Positions 1 through 16,338 of a stretch of 64,000 nucleotides of DNA are shown here, piece after piece; the stretch's first letter is position 1, and each line of letters begins with the position of its first letter. The position numbers were made by a program, and so were the translations under genes. The notes beneath the pieces were generated by a model. It saw only the letters and a program-made list of their open reading frames with translations. It ran no database searches and was not told the origin of the DNA. The DNA comes from the human T2T-CHM13v2.0 reference genome, Homo sapiens: the NCBI RefSeq assembly GCF_009914755.1, contig NC_060930.1. One strand, 5' to 3'.

Positions 1-936
1 GACATGTTATTATCATTTTTACATAGTCTTGGTAGGTTTTTTTCCTTTCTTCCCCTCTAAAATTGCACAGAATCTAAAGCTCCCCTCCTTCTCTCCATAC
101 AATAGCGTCCATGGCACTGCAACTCATCTGCCCCTTCCTTTCAGAAAAGGAAATACGAAGATTAGCACACCAACACAATCTACATCCTGCAACTATCACA
201 GAGAGCTGCACGTATTAGCATCGGGCTGTGACAAGCACTGCACCAAAAGAAAGAAAAAATGTCTGTGTTTTATTTTCTTCTAGATATCAGAAGCAGGCCT
301 GGTAGGGAGTGTGCTTGGAATCCTTTTAAGAAATATAATAATCTTGAGTAACATCTAATAAGACCTAGCATTTATTGAGCGCTAAGCATATGCCAGTGAG
401 GTAGTACTATGATCACAGCCTTAAGAGGAAAATTAATCCCATGCCAAGTGCCAGACCTAGAACACCAAGCTAGCCTGGTATTATACCATGGGAACCATCA
501 TGTGGTATTATTAAAGTGACAGGACTCAGACCAAGACCCAGCAACCAGTCAAATAATTCTAAAGACAAGACTGAAGAAATTCTTCAGAGCTAAAATAGGC
601 TCAGGAACTGAAATGGGAGGAGGAGAGAATCTGCAGTCAACACATGGCACAGAAAAAAACAACCCTGGATTTGGAATTAATGTCTCGATGTAAGCCACAT
701 ACTCTGACATCCGAGGCAGAGTACTTAACCTCTCTGAGTCACTGTACTCACAGTGAATAAGCAGCTATAACCAGCTTCTCCAGACTAAATGGAAATTAAC
801 ATAGATGTGTGTAATAATGTAAAATTTGTTAAAGCTATAAAGAAATCCAAGAATTTATTATTATTAGTTCCTAGGAAAGCAGGAAAAGGGGTGAAAAGAA
901 AACAAAAGAGAAGGAATGACCCAGAAATTAATGTAA

Positions 937-1226
<290 letters not shown>

Positions 1227-1719
1227 TAAGCTTTTTGACTGAGTGCATTGTAAGCTGAGCCATCCGACTAGCTGTTTCTGTGTCTCGGCTCTCCTCTCTT
1301 TTCTTTGCATCAGATTAATGGTTATAAAAACATTTTAGTTTATTTGGAGAATAATAATACTAGTAAACTTACCATATTCTTCATGTATTATTTGGGGTAT
1401 TTTTACTAAAATATTGTTGCGTTTGGGTTTAGCTAACATTACCCTATGAATATAACTAGCTTTAGATCCAGAGAGACTTTTTTCTTACAAACACCTAGAA
1501 ATAGATATTCTACATAGACAACATTTGGTAAATGTTTTTGGCTAGAAAAAAGGCCCAATTTCCTACAGAACCCAGAGATTCTTGGCATTGATTATAAAAA
1601 CAGATGGAAAGAATTGATTACGCTAATGAGGATGGTTCTGAGGATACTGAGGCTCCAACAGGGGGAAGAGGGGAGGGTTCTGCAGTAAGGAGATCAGTTA
1701 CTCTCAGTGACCCTGACAT

Positions 1720-2472
<753 letters not shown>

Positions 2473-3180
2473 CTATTCCCCTTGCAGAAAACATTCCCTG
2501 CCATGAACAGCCCAACTGCTCAGCACAACAATCCCTCCTTACTATTCCCTCCTAAAAGTCAACCAAGGATATGGCTCTCTCACTATCACATTACGTCATA
2601 TTTAGGTGGTGACCAAGAAGTGGCTGGCATCCTGTTCTATGCTTTGTAAGTCACCTCTTCTAGCTAGCCACTCACAATCTTTCATTCTCTCCTTATGGAG
2701 AAAGAGGGAAAGGGCTCTGAAGTAAGGAGATCACTTGGAGCAAAATCATATTTTAAGTGAAATTAAGTTACTAGTGAACTTTCAGGTAGTCTGACATACA
2801 AAGATAGTAATTACCTTCTGAAATGTAATTTTAAAAAATGATTAAGATGGAAACCTCAAATTTAAAAGAATTTTGTGTGATTGTCCTCTGCCGTGTAAAA
2901 TCCTTAGCTTCTGCTCAGTCTCATCTCTGCCCTATTCTTTCGGAAGCTTTAAAACCCCAAATGTGCTACTGTTTTCACATATATGGGCTGGTCTCTGCAC
3001 CAGCATAGTCAAAAAAAGAAAGAAAACAATACATATGAAGGAAAGCTTTTAAATGAATCAGAAGAAATTTGATAAAATCTCACCATTACAGACTAAATTT
3101 CATCTCTTGCTATCTAATTAATCTACCATCCATGGTTATTACACGAGTTGGGAGAAGAATAGATAAAGGAGCACCATTTA

Positions 3181-3538
<358 letters not shown>

Positions 3539-3704
3539 GTAATGAAGACAAAGTTAAGTCTTTTAAAATCACAGTCAGTACAACACATAATCTTGCCTTC
3601 CTGCAATGTGAAGTTATCAAATACTTCAGGAACTTTCAAATCTCTTCAAGCTGTTTTCATGAGTTTCGTCTGTACTATTAAAATACACCACCACCACCAC
3701 TAAG

Positions 3705-4545
3705 AAAATCTGGTTCAAAAATGGCAAAAGACATTTCTCCCAAGAAGATATGGAAATGGCCAATAAGCACATGCGAAAGTTGCTCAAGGTCACTAGTCAT
3801 TAGGAAAAGGCAAATCAAAGCCACCGTGTGATGGTACCTCACAGCCATTAGGATGGCGACTGTAAATAATTAATTAATTAAGTGACAAGCACTGTTGAGG
3901 ATGTAGAGAAAATGGAACCCTTGTGTTCCAGTTCTATGGTTGGGAATGTAAAACAGTGTAGCTGCTATGCAAAATAGCATGGTAGCGCCTCAAAAACAAT
4001 TAAGATAGAACTACCATATGATCCAGCAATTCCACCTCTAGGTATAAAACCAAGGGAATTGAAAGCAGAGTCTCATCTCTATTGTGAATATTGGCATTAT
4101 TCACAATAGCCAAAAGGTAGAAGCGACCCAAGTGTCTGTCAACAAATATGAGTCAATAAACAAAATGTGGTACACACATCAAGGGGATAAGATTCAGCTT
4201 AAAAAGGAAGACAATTCTGAGACCTGCTACCACATGGATGAACCTTGAAGACATTATGCTAAGTAAAATAGGCCAGTCACAAAAGGATAAATATTGTATG
4301 ATTCCACTTATAGGAGGGAACTACAGTAGTCAAATTCGTAGAGACAGAGAGGAGAATGGTGGTTGCCAGGGACTGGGAGGAGAAGGAATGGAGACTTATT
4401 ATTTAATAGGTACAGAGTCTCAGTTTTGCAAGACGAAAAGAGTTCTGGAGATGGATGATGCTGACGGTTGCACAGTAATAAGAAATTAAGCAATGCCACT
4501 CAACTGTACCCTTAAAAATGGCTAAGATGGTAAACTTCATTAAAA
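3705..4545 (+). mobile_element. Old L1 (L1M, probably L1MB-type) 3' fragment
   Basis: L1 3' motifs: gaagatatggaaatggccaataagcacatg, tatgatccagcaattccacctctagg, atggatgaaccttgaagacattatgctaagt, aaaagagttctggagatggatg. Confidence 0.85.
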
Positions 4546-5764
4546 AACATTTAATTTTAAAGCTACTACTCTGAAATCGTTATTTGTCAGTGAAGAATGA
4601 AAATGCATTTTCCAAGGTAAGTTTTACAAGATTCAAGGTGTGAAAATATCAGTGGCTGACCTGCTGTTAATGAGCACCATCTCTTTCACAGGTAACAGAC
4701 ATCTATTCATGCTTCTGTTGAACAGACATAGAGGCGAGGCCCAGAGATGGTGGGTGGTTTGCCTAGATTGTCAAGGAGCCTCAGCATCAGGGTAGAATCA
4801 GGGTAGAATTAAAATTGGGTGCGTTCTCTTTCAAGGGAATGTAGAGATTCTACATTGTGAGCCCAGGGTTATCTTCCCCTGCAGCGTGCCTTTTCCTTGC
4901 ATCTTTTTTAAAGACATCGTTTCAAACATGTTTCCCTAAATTCTGACTCCTTACAGAAATATTCAATATTTGTTTAAACTTTCCTCTCTATGGTTTCCTT
5001 TTGAAATCTTCTTGAAACATGCTCTATGGAAGATTAAACACAGCAGCACAGTGACAGATGAGTCTATCAATTAGCTTGTCTGTAGAAGAAGCAGCTGGAA
5101 CCTGACCCTTAAAAGAGCTTGCTCCAGACAGATGATAAATCTTCAAATAAAGACTTCTCAGGAAAATCCTCAAACCTAATGAAAAGTTCAGCTCATCCCA
5201 TGGGCCACTTGGCATTCTGTTGCTTGGGAAATGTGCCCACACCCTCACCATTAACTCATGTGTTAACTGAACTCTTCCTCCAGGGTGGAAAACGCTGTAT
5301 TGACAAGTACCCAATGTCTTCTAGTCCATTCCCATCTTGTAGCTTAAAATCATCCTTTACACGGGGTCGGTAGGTGTATTTTTGGACTTTCTTACACAGG
5401 ACAGATCATAGTCACTGAGAAAAACCATTCCTGGTATCTGAAAATTCCTAGCACAATTCTCCTGCATCCTAAAATCTCAATATTTAGGCAAACACATTGC
5501 TTTTGTTTGTATACATTCCTTTGATTTTTTAAATATTGCTTTTAGCTGCACTCAATCTTCTCAAAGTAGCTTTGAATAATATAGAGATAGTGTTCTTGGT
5601 CAACATTTACTTGCAAGAAAATAGACGCATAGACATTTGCATCACTGACTTAGAGCTACAAGACCTCATAATAAAGTACAGGATTAGAATCCAGGTGCCA
5701 TTTGTCCCTTATACCATGCTGCCGAAATCCACCTTACTGCTGGCTTGCTTCAAGAATGATGAAA

Positions 5765-5930
5765 TTATATACACACACATATACATATGTATGTTTATAC
5801 ACATGCATATCTATATATATGTTAATATTTATACACATACATATCTATATATGTGTCTACTTATACATTTATGCACTATAAATATCAATTCAATATATAT
5901 CAATTTATTTTTAAGTTAGTGTGTGTGCAC
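5765..5930. repeat. TA/CA-rich low-complexity tract
   Basis: Degenerate tatacacacatatacatatg units. Confidence 0.7.
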
Positions 5931-6148
5931 TTATGTACTCTATTTCCTGTTAACGATTTTAAACGATTTTAGGATAAAAGCCATTTTTGATTTTAGATTC
6001 TATGCATTGGCAAATCAACTATCATATATGCATATATAATTCTTACAGCCATCAGAAATGATGTTGTGGATATACATGTATCAACATGGAAATATGTTTC
6101 TATGTATTACTTAGTGAGACAATCAAGTGACAACAGCATCATGTATGA

Positions 6149-6846
<698 letters not shown>

Positions 6847-7696
6847 TAAAGCATTTTTCAGTTACTTTAAATTTCCAAAAAGTAAAAAGTTGGATTCTAT
6901 ATTGTTTTTTTTTTTTTAAAAAAAAAGAAGTTGTGGAAACACCGACAAAAGTACTATGCACTGTCCACCAGAGAAAAGAAGGAAGCTGTATCCCCTGAGT
7001 GGGCATTTCACTGCTGTGAGCTAAGAAGACTGTCCTCTAAAATACCTCAGCCATGGCATTCACTCTGGCAATGCCCAAGCATATCACTGCCTTCTGAGAA
7101 CAAGACAAAAGAAACCAACATTTCCTGGCTCTCGGTGTTCCACAGTTAATTTTGAAAAGTTTGGAAAGAATTTAAAGGAAAATAATACTGGCAACATGAG
7201 CAATTGTTCCCACATTACAACAAGAAGTTATTGAGAACTGCCCATCCCAACTACAGATAATGTGGCCATAAAGCTATGACAGGGGAACCATTATTTTAGA
7301 AATACATTCAAGGATCTGCAAAGGAAAATAATTGTTAGAACACAATAATACATTATAGACAATAAATCAACTAAATGTCCATTTAAAAATTCATTTCCAC
7401 ACATGTGAAATTAGAATGTCAGAAGTAACAGAATTCAAGAAAGTCCTCAATCATTCTAACATTTAGGTTTCCAAATGTTAACTAAGCAAGCATTTTTACC
7501 CCTTTGATCCATGAGTCATTGTCTTGCGGTAAACCGGTCACCTACAGCTGCTGAAATGTCACGTTTTGCCCTGTCCAGACATGTCAACATTCCACCTTCT
7601 CATTCTCCTTTCTAATGCAAATTCTAGGAACCCATATGTTGGCCAAAAGTTCATCAATTTCACATGGTTAGTTTGAATTGTCTTCACTGAAGAAAC

Positions 7697-7986
7697 TTTT
7701 TTTTTTGAGACACAGTCTCGCTCTGTCACCCAGGCTGGAGTGCAGTGATGTGATCTCGGCTAACTGCAACCTCCGCCTCCCATGTTCAAGCAATTCTCTT
7801 GCCTCAGTCTCCCAAGTAGGTGGGACTACAGGCATAACCACCACGCTTGGCTAATTTTTATATTTTTAGTAGAGGGGGGTTTCACCATGTTGGCCAGGCT
7901 GATCTTGAACTCCTGACCTTCAGTGATCTGCCCACCTCAGCCACCCAAAGTGCTGGGACTACAGGCGTGAGCCACAGCACCCAACC
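7697..7986 (-). mobile_element. Alu (S-like)
   Basis: Poly-T plus body; TSD TGAAGAAAC on both sides. Confidence 0.95.
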
Positions 7987-8940
7987 TTGAAGAAACATTT
8001 CAAAACATTGGAATTTTGTTTGGGATACGCTCAGAGGCTGGTTCTTGGCTAAGACAATAAATATAGAGTTCAAATAAATTAAAAGCCCATAATTCTCATT
8101 TTGGTAGAAGTCTGGGAACACATCAGTGTTCAATAATAATGCTCAATTTAATTAGTTAATTCATACAACTAATTGATAATTAAGTAATGTAATAATTAAG
8201 CAATTCCTTCAAAAAATACTGGTACATGCTCTGTACCTGCCAACTTCTAGGATACAGAAACACAGTTTAAATCAGACAAGTAAAGAATACGTCCTCTGCT
8301 GCTTATGTTGTAGCTGGGGGAGAAAGAATATAATAAGCTATGACTAATGTATTCATAAATTCCTATAAAATTTTTTTGAATCTATTGTAAACTCACTCAG
8401 ACATTTTCCAAAATGTATGCTAATCTATGCCTACTGATGAAAGGTTCAGAAGACTTAATGTCACTTTCCCAGGGAAAATTAATCTGTTCTTTATTTTTCT
8501 TGAGCTGAAAAAAAAAAAGGTACTCTATATTTACTGAAACTTGCAGAATAGCTGTCTCATGAAAAGAGAAAATTTTGACTTTCAAGTAACATTTTCTACA
8601 TGGGTAATTCTGCCCAATGTAAAAAGTGATTAGATCTTCACTATAGAGATTCTCATAAAACTGATTTCAAGAAATATGCCTTCCAAAGATAAGAGCCTCT
8701 GAAATTCACATGAAGTGTGCATGCAGCTAGAGATGGAACACATCTCATGCAGACAGTTACTTCAATCCCCAAACATGCAAAACTTTCACAATTCAGAAAG
8801 CAAAGGAGAAACACAATCACAATTGTACAGACATATTGGGGCCTCAAAGAACATTAAAGTCTCTGTAATATATACAAAACCAGATATTAACCTACAAACC
8901 TCTTCAGTTTGTCTAAAGTTTTTATGAAATAGATAGTTGG

Positions 8941-9282
<342 letters not shown>

Positions 9283-9449
9283 TCAAGGCTCAGGGGCCTC
9301 AAGCTTCCTTGAACTGGTGATGCAATGGCACACATGGTGTCAATAAATGAAAACTAAAAAACACAAGTATCTAATAATTTTATACAAAGAAACAATGTAC
9401 AAAACTAAAATACACCAAAAAAGTAAGCGACGGTGAATCTAAATGAAAT

Positions 9450-10120
9450 TCCACCCTTCTTACTCACAAACTCTTTGTCCCTCAATTTTCATATTATTTT
9501 CCCAGTCTCCCCAGGCTCTAAAACTTGGAATCATGCTTATTTTAGCCTCAAATTTTTTGTGTCTTATATCCAAGCGTTCTTCATACCTCACCCCTTTTTA
9601 TTTGCGTAGTGCGCCCTACATTCTCACTGTTGGCACTCTAGTCCAGGAGCTCATGTCTGAACGCCTGCATTTTCTCACCATCTCCTAACTGGCCTTCTGG
9701 CAGCTCCCTCACTCTCCAAAACATCCAATCTATTGCTGCTAGGTTCATATTTTTCGCATGCCAATTTCACGAGCTCACCTTCCGGCTCAAGAATAGGCAG
9801 TGGCTCCCTACTGCCTGCTGGATCAAACCCACATTCCTACACTATCACTACATGTCTCAGTCCCCCATTCACTGGCCCTAAGTCACCTCTAAATGGAGAA
9901 GCTATGCAGCCTGGGGAAAAGAGCCTGGCTTTGTCGTTGGGAAACCTTTGTTTTAAATCCCAGTTCTGCTATTTACTCCTTATGAGACTTTGAGCAAGTT
10001 ACTTAAATTCCCTGAGCTTCAGTAAACTCCCTTGAAAAATGGGAATAATAAAATCTATCTTGCTCGGCTATTATGAGAATTCAATATAATCGCTAACACA
10101 GTGGGTTGGCACAGCTCGTT
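9450..10120. mobile_element. Degenerate L2 and MIR fragments
   Basis: MIR core tttaaatcccagttctgc...ttgagcaagttacttaa...gaaaaatgggaataata (~9900-10110); L2-like pyrimidine-rich sequence before it. Confidence 0.55.
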
Positions 10121-10589
10121 TATATTTTCATTCCTTTGTTCCCATTAGTCCCCAGAATGCGCATCTCCCACCTCTACTTCTCAAAGATCCTAATAATGTG
10201 TTAGCAAAATGAGAGCAGCTGTGCAGGACCTAATCGGAACCTTGGGGCCTTTCTAGCAAATTCAGATTGCTCCTTTTCCCATATCTGTTTTTAAGAATAG
10301 AGGTGGAAATCCTTTCCTGGAAAACTATTTTCTGTCAAAATCAGTCCTTACACATGACTCCATTTCTTGAAATTCCCATGGGCAACGTAAATGCCGAAGA
10401 TTCTTAATTCTTATTTATATATGAAATTAAGAACTATTAATTGAGAGCCTATTAACTGTCAGACACAGAGTAAGTTGCTGAAGATATACCCATGATCTTC
10501 TCCTACAGAAATGATCAATTATGGAAAACAGCAAGTCTGACAAGCAAGTACTCAAAAAAGAGGACAAGCATGATAGTAAGAAAAGTATA

Positions 10590-10895
10590 GGCCAAGTGCG
10601 GTGGCTCACATCTGTAATCCCAGCACTTTGGGAGGCCAAGGCAGGTGGATCACTTGAGGTCAGGAGTTCGAGACTAGCCTGGCCAAGGTGGTGAAACCTT
10701 GTCTCTACTAAAAATACAAAAATTAGCGGGGCATGGTGGCGCACACCTGTAATCCCAGCTACTCAAGGAGGCTGAGGCATGAGAATCGCTTGATCCTGGG
10801 AGGCAGAGGTTGCAGTGAGCCGAGATAACACCATTGTACTCCAGCCTGGGCCATAGAGCAAGACTCCGTCTCAAAGAAAAGAAAAGAAAAGAAAA
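10590..10895 (+). mobile_element. Alu (S-like) with (GAAAA)n tail
   Basis: TSD aagaaaagtata on both sides. Confidence 0.95.
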
Positions 10896-11714
10896 GTATA
10901 GGCCACTCAGGCAGCAGAGAGAGGAAGCCAAATTTAGGTCAAAGGAGAAGGTACGTGCCTCTAGAAGAAGGCTATTTAAGCTAAAATTTGACCTATAAGG
11001 AGGGATAAGTTTGATGGAATTGGATAGGAGAAAGACTTCAGGGCATGGAGACAGAGTTTTCTGAGCAGAGAAACAGCATATGCGAAGGCTTAGAGAGAGC
11101 CAGCCCACGTGCTAACAGGAATTGAAAGAAGTGCCATCTTTAACTGGGTAGGGCTGACAAGTGTGAGGAAATAAGAAAGGTTACCAGTTAAGGTGATTCC
11201 CACAAACCAGGAAGTGAACGTGTACCTTCTTGTAAGGGCAAGGGAAAACAAAACTGTGGATTTTAAATCCAAGATTTTACCAGCTTGGATTTCTACGGCT
11301 GTTAAACTTGCATATGGTTTTGTAGGACTTGTGTGCCGCGTCACACTAAGCACATACTCTGTGGTGTGAAAAATGGCAGATGAGCCTCTGGACTTGACCT
11401 TTCTCAATGAATTCTAGGTAGTATAGTTTGAAGTAGCAACGTGTGGTGAAAGAAAAAGGTAGACTATGCATTGGGTAACTGGGTAGCAATAGCATAAAAC
11501 AGAAGAGAGGTGAGGCTGGTCTTCCCAGGCAGTGTCAGGCAATGACGGAGAGAGAAAAGCAAAGGGATTCAATGACAATGAGATCACATGTAATTTCAAA
11601 GGAGAGTTGCCCTAAATTTCATTTCCAGAGCTGTTCTCTCAGAACCCGCTGAAGGCAGAAAACAGGGTGGTCTTAACTGTGTCATGTATCCTGGCCCGAG
11701 AGGGAGTCGGATTG

Positions 11715-11960
11715 GCATGCTGTAAGTCATGGGTTTAGGAGTCCAAGGGACCTGAATGTGAATCTGTTTTTTTCCATTTACTCCCATGTGACTTGGGACA
11801 ATTGACGCAATCTCTCTGCATTTCAGTCTATCCCACTTTCAAAATGTGGAGACAACTACTACCTCTCAGGGTGATTTTGAGGAGTAAATGAGAGCATATA
11901 TGCAAGGTACCTTGAATCACCTACCTTGGCCTAGAGTAGACACTAAGTAACAGGTGGCTC
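11715..11960 (+). mobile_element. MIR
   Basis: tgtgacttgggacaa...tctctgcatttcagt...tcaaaatgtggagac...gagtaaatgagag. Confidence 0.65.
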
Positions 11961-12274
11961 TTCCTAAGATGCTATGGACTCTGCTACCTCTCAGCATTAG
12001 GCTACTGAGGAAGTGTAGGGACGGGGCTGGTTGTAACCCAAGGTAGAATTAGAATTCTGCTCTTAGGTGCTTAGGCTTAGGTGCTTTGAGAGCGACTTTG
12101 TTGAATCTGAATTCTTTTAAGTGGCAGGAAGTAAATAAAGCTTCTTGGCTTGACAGGACATGCTTGGGTCTTATTTCACAGTTGGTGTCCACACAGAGAA
12201 GAGGAATATCACTGCTAATTAAGCATTCATTGAGTAGCCTTTTTTCCCCCACAGTAAACATATAATTAAGATTC

Positions 12275-12291
12275 GGTGTGTGTGTGGGTGG

Positions 12292-12320
<29 letters not shown>
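12275..12320. repeat. (TG)n microsatellite
   Basis: Direct reading. Confidence 0.95.
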
Positions 12321-12322
<2 letters not shown>

Positions 12323-14546
12323 TGGTGGAGAGGAAGAGAGAGGGAGAATTCCCCTACATACCATTAGTTTTATAACCATTAGTTTGCATACCATTAGTTT
12401 AATCCTATAGTTCCCTAGCCAGATAGCGGCAAGCTTATTCTCCATTCAATGCTGCTAATCTAACTGTATTCAAGTACATGCTTTGCAACCTGAATATTGC
12501 TTTCTGTGTTGCCATGAAAGCAAGCCAGGGCAGGAATGCATGAGTGTATCTAAGGCTCTATCCCTTTCCTCTTTCTAGCCTAGTCTGTCAACACTGCTGC
12601 TCCTTGTGGAAGCATGAAGTTCCTAATGCCTAAAATAGGTAACTCATTTCTCCTCTAAGAGAATCATAAGCTGAATGAGCTGATGAGGCCAAGCCAGCCC
12701 AATCTGGAAGCCTGTGTGGTTCAGAAGGACTTCCTTTAAATTCTATGAAGACAGGGACAGCAGCCAGAACATATTTGCTAAATAATTTGATTCCCGGAGA
12801 AGATGAACATCCTCCTTCTATCTGAGCTTTATTACTTCCCACAGACATGCCAAGCTCCATCAGCGTCCAATCTTTCCAACAGCCTCTGGAAATGCCCTGA
12901 CCACTATTAAAAGGTAAATCAGTAGGTTCTCTCATGTTATAAAAGATGTAGAGGACTATCGCTTGCCACAACTACCCCAAAACAAAGGCCTGAAATAATA
13001 TGAGACAAGAAAGAGACATTTATATTAACCTTAGTTCCTCTTAAGAAGGAAGCTGTATTTGTTTAGGAAAACTCTCTTACAATAGAAGGCAAGACCACAG
13101 ACCCAGGTTGCCTCAATTTGGGTAAAACCATACATGCTAGACAAGATGAAGAATGTATTCAGGAGGGGAGAAGAAAAGAGAGAAAAAGGATGCCAGTGGA
13201 AAACTGCACACTCTGCCAGTGACTTTTTGTGAATCCCTTAAAACTTTGATAAAGTTGTTATAACTCACCAAATGCTTGAAAAAAAAAAATGTATTTTTAT
13301 GGAACCCAAAGAGGAGCTTTGTGCCACATTTTTCATGAGGTGAAGCTGGAGCAATAAGTTTGGGGGCAGAGCAGCAGAGAGGAGAGTGCTTATTCCCAGC
13401 ACTGGAATTGGATTTGGGTCTGGTTTAACCAAATCTTTAATGAACAGGTGCCCAGGGCTATGTGAGCAACGAAAATTGATTAGTGGCCAGTGAATGTAAA
13501 TTTATCAACTAAAAATTTGGCCCACAAACAATATGCAGTACTTATTTTGCATTTATAAAGTTACATGATGTACAGCTCTGTTGCTTGAATGACATGCATG
13601 CCCACGTCATTTCACAAGAAGAATGTCACATAAAAAGAACTTTCCTGGCTTATAAGCAACTCCTAAGTACTTTTCCCTTAATTGACTAAAGGCCCTCCAG
13701 TGCTGATCTTCACAGTACTACAAAGGGACTCACACTCTCCTGAGAGCAGCAATCAAACCTCACTGGGTTTGTGGAGAGCATTCCTCCTTGGAAACGTCTC
13801 CTCATTCGACATTCAACAACATCGTCATTTTCAACATGATTCAGGTCATGAAAGATCAGCACACTTTCTAAGAATAACTTTATTTCCAGCCATTTTCAAA
13901 AGAAAACTAGCCTGGGATGCAGACCACAACAGTATACCGACTTTTTAAGGAATAAACTAGGCAACTATCTTTTCAAATGTTGTCTAAGCACGACTAGTTT
14001 AACGCCATCACAGAGCACACCAGGGGACAAGAGGTGACAGTCGCCAATGCAAAGCTGGCATAGGGGTTAGCGATTCCAAACCAACCCATTTGATAAAGAA
14101 GGTCGGGGGAAAGAAGGGGAAGAAGAAAGTAAAGGAGGAGAAATTGAAAAAGCTTCTCTGAATTGAATCAACTGACACCCTTGTAGGTCGTGAAGCCGAG
14201 TCTCCTTTTAGTAGAGAGACCTTAACTATGTAAAGGTGCCATGTTAAGTGATGGCCACATAAATCCTGAAACTATTAGAATCCCTCGTGGAATAGTAACA
14301 TTAATAACAGAACTTAAAAGTCTCCTTTAGCAAGGATGTAAATGTCGACACTCCCTTCCTCCCCAGCCAGAGTAGTCAAACAGGATGGGTTTCTTCTCCA
14401 TAAAACACAGAAGCATAACCTACATATCTACTGCACCAGAAATGGCTTCTATAACTTATTTGTTTATTTACTCCGCTCCAATTCCCAGAAATCAAAATGA
14501 ACTTTCCCATAGGGATCACCTGATGCCTTTAACATATCCCTCATTA

Positions 14547-14822
<276 letters not shown>

Positions 14823-14889
14823 ATGTGACAGAGTGAAAGGCAACTTTTAATTGTTAACCCCCCGGGGAGCTGGATTTTTCACCAAGATT

Positions 14890-14942
14890 TATGCAAAGCC
14901 TATGCAAAACCTATGCAAAACCAATGCAAAAAAAAAAAAAAA
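14890..14942. repeat. 11-bp tandem repeat (TATGCAAAACC-like x4) running into A15
   Basis: tatgcaaagcc tatgcaaaacc tatgcaaaacc aatgcaaaaaa... Confidence 0.9.
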
Positions 14943-15438
14943 GCCATGTGTCTGTTTTATTTTTAAACATTTGTTTCATGCTTAGAAGGTATAAGATACG
15001 GCCAAAGAAACAGCGCAGCAGGAGTAATATGCAAGTATTAGTCTAAGAATAGTATTCACCAAGAATAAGTTGAAAATAATTAAAATTGTAAGGCTGGCGG
15101 GCATATCAGTGCAGTAACATAGCTCCTCTCAACAATAACAGCCGTAGTTATGCAATAGATGTTGAAGGGTTAATGCCCACCTCAATACACAGCTACTTCC
15201 CGACTCACTGCCAGTTTTTCTAAGCTCTTTTGACATACCACGAGGGATTAATCCAAATGAACAACATGTCGTCATTTCTTAAAATCGATTCAACAATAAC
15301 CAAAAATTAATCTGCCGTCCACCTCCTCTTATTAGCATTAAGACAGACAGAAATCTGATCCCAAGGAAGGCACCCCGGAGAAAAGCCACACTCAACGTAC
15401 ACAAAATGGAGATAAAGAAACAAAAGAGATCTAATTAC

Positions 15439-15478
15439 CTTGAGTTTTCCTCCTGGGCTTCTGACGCAAGGGAACCTG
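15439..15478 (-). CDS. IPCEF1: IPCEF1 coding micro-exon, (Q)VPLRQKPRRKTQ-G, 40 or 37 nt
   Basis: Minus strand ...ctgcattttcag|CAG|GTTCCCTTGCGTCAGAAGCCCAGGAGGAAAACTCAAG|gtaatt. Phase 0 start and phase 1 end join the flanking exons in frame. Confidence 0.93.
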
Positions 15479-16294
15479 CTGAAAATGCAGGAAGGAAAGA
15501 AAAGAGGAAATTTCTGATTGTGTTGTAACATTTGTAAAGAGAGAAGGAGGGAGGAGGTGGCAGTGTTTATGAGCAGGATGGAATCTAAAAAAAAACTCTC
15601 CAGGCAGAGCTTAACGGGGAGCTACTAGCTGAGGCACAAAATGTGCTAATTAGAATCAATATACATTGAGCTGAACCTGAAAAAAAAAAAAAGTCACAGA
15701 GCATTTATCACTGATGTTTCCTGTTCCCACCCACAAGCCGCTCTCACTACTACTTTAGTTATGATAGCACAGTGTTCACGGAAGTTTTAAAAATCAAAAA
15801 ATATTTCCCCTTTTGTGTTTTTGTGAGAGAAGGAAAAATATATCTGCTTCTTTTGCAATTTCTAAATAACAATGATTATTCAGATAAACCTGGAAGATAA
15901 TTGTTACAATCTCAAAATATTAGAGTCACTTGACTATTCAGCTCATAGTCCTGCTACCACGTAGGGTTAGACCTAAACCACATGAATTAAATATCCCAGA
16001 AAATGAAATTCCACAACCTCTTTCAGTGAGAGTTCAGTAGCAATCAACCCTCCTTATCAGGAAATTCTTATTTACAGACAAATTAAAGTTTGTTATTCTG
16101 TCTTTAAATATCTCTGAATATTTCTCACGTTTTATGGAAGATAAATTAGTTACCACCTACTATTCTGTACTAGCTCTTCAAATCAGACATAAGACAACAT
16201 ATATGAAATATACATTTTTTCCACAATACATTTTAAACAAACATACAATCAGACTATCAGCAAAAATAAAAAATATTTTTAAGTGCTTTAAAAT

Positions 16295-16296
<2 letters not shown>

Positions 16297-16332
<36 letters not shown>

Positions 16333-16338
16333 AGAGAG
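16297..16338. repeat. (GT)n(AG)n microsatellite
   Basis: Direct reading. Confidence 0.95.

Noticed and set aside
14890-14942. CRISPR-like array
   Set aside because: Contiguous 11-bp units with no spacers, in human DNA.
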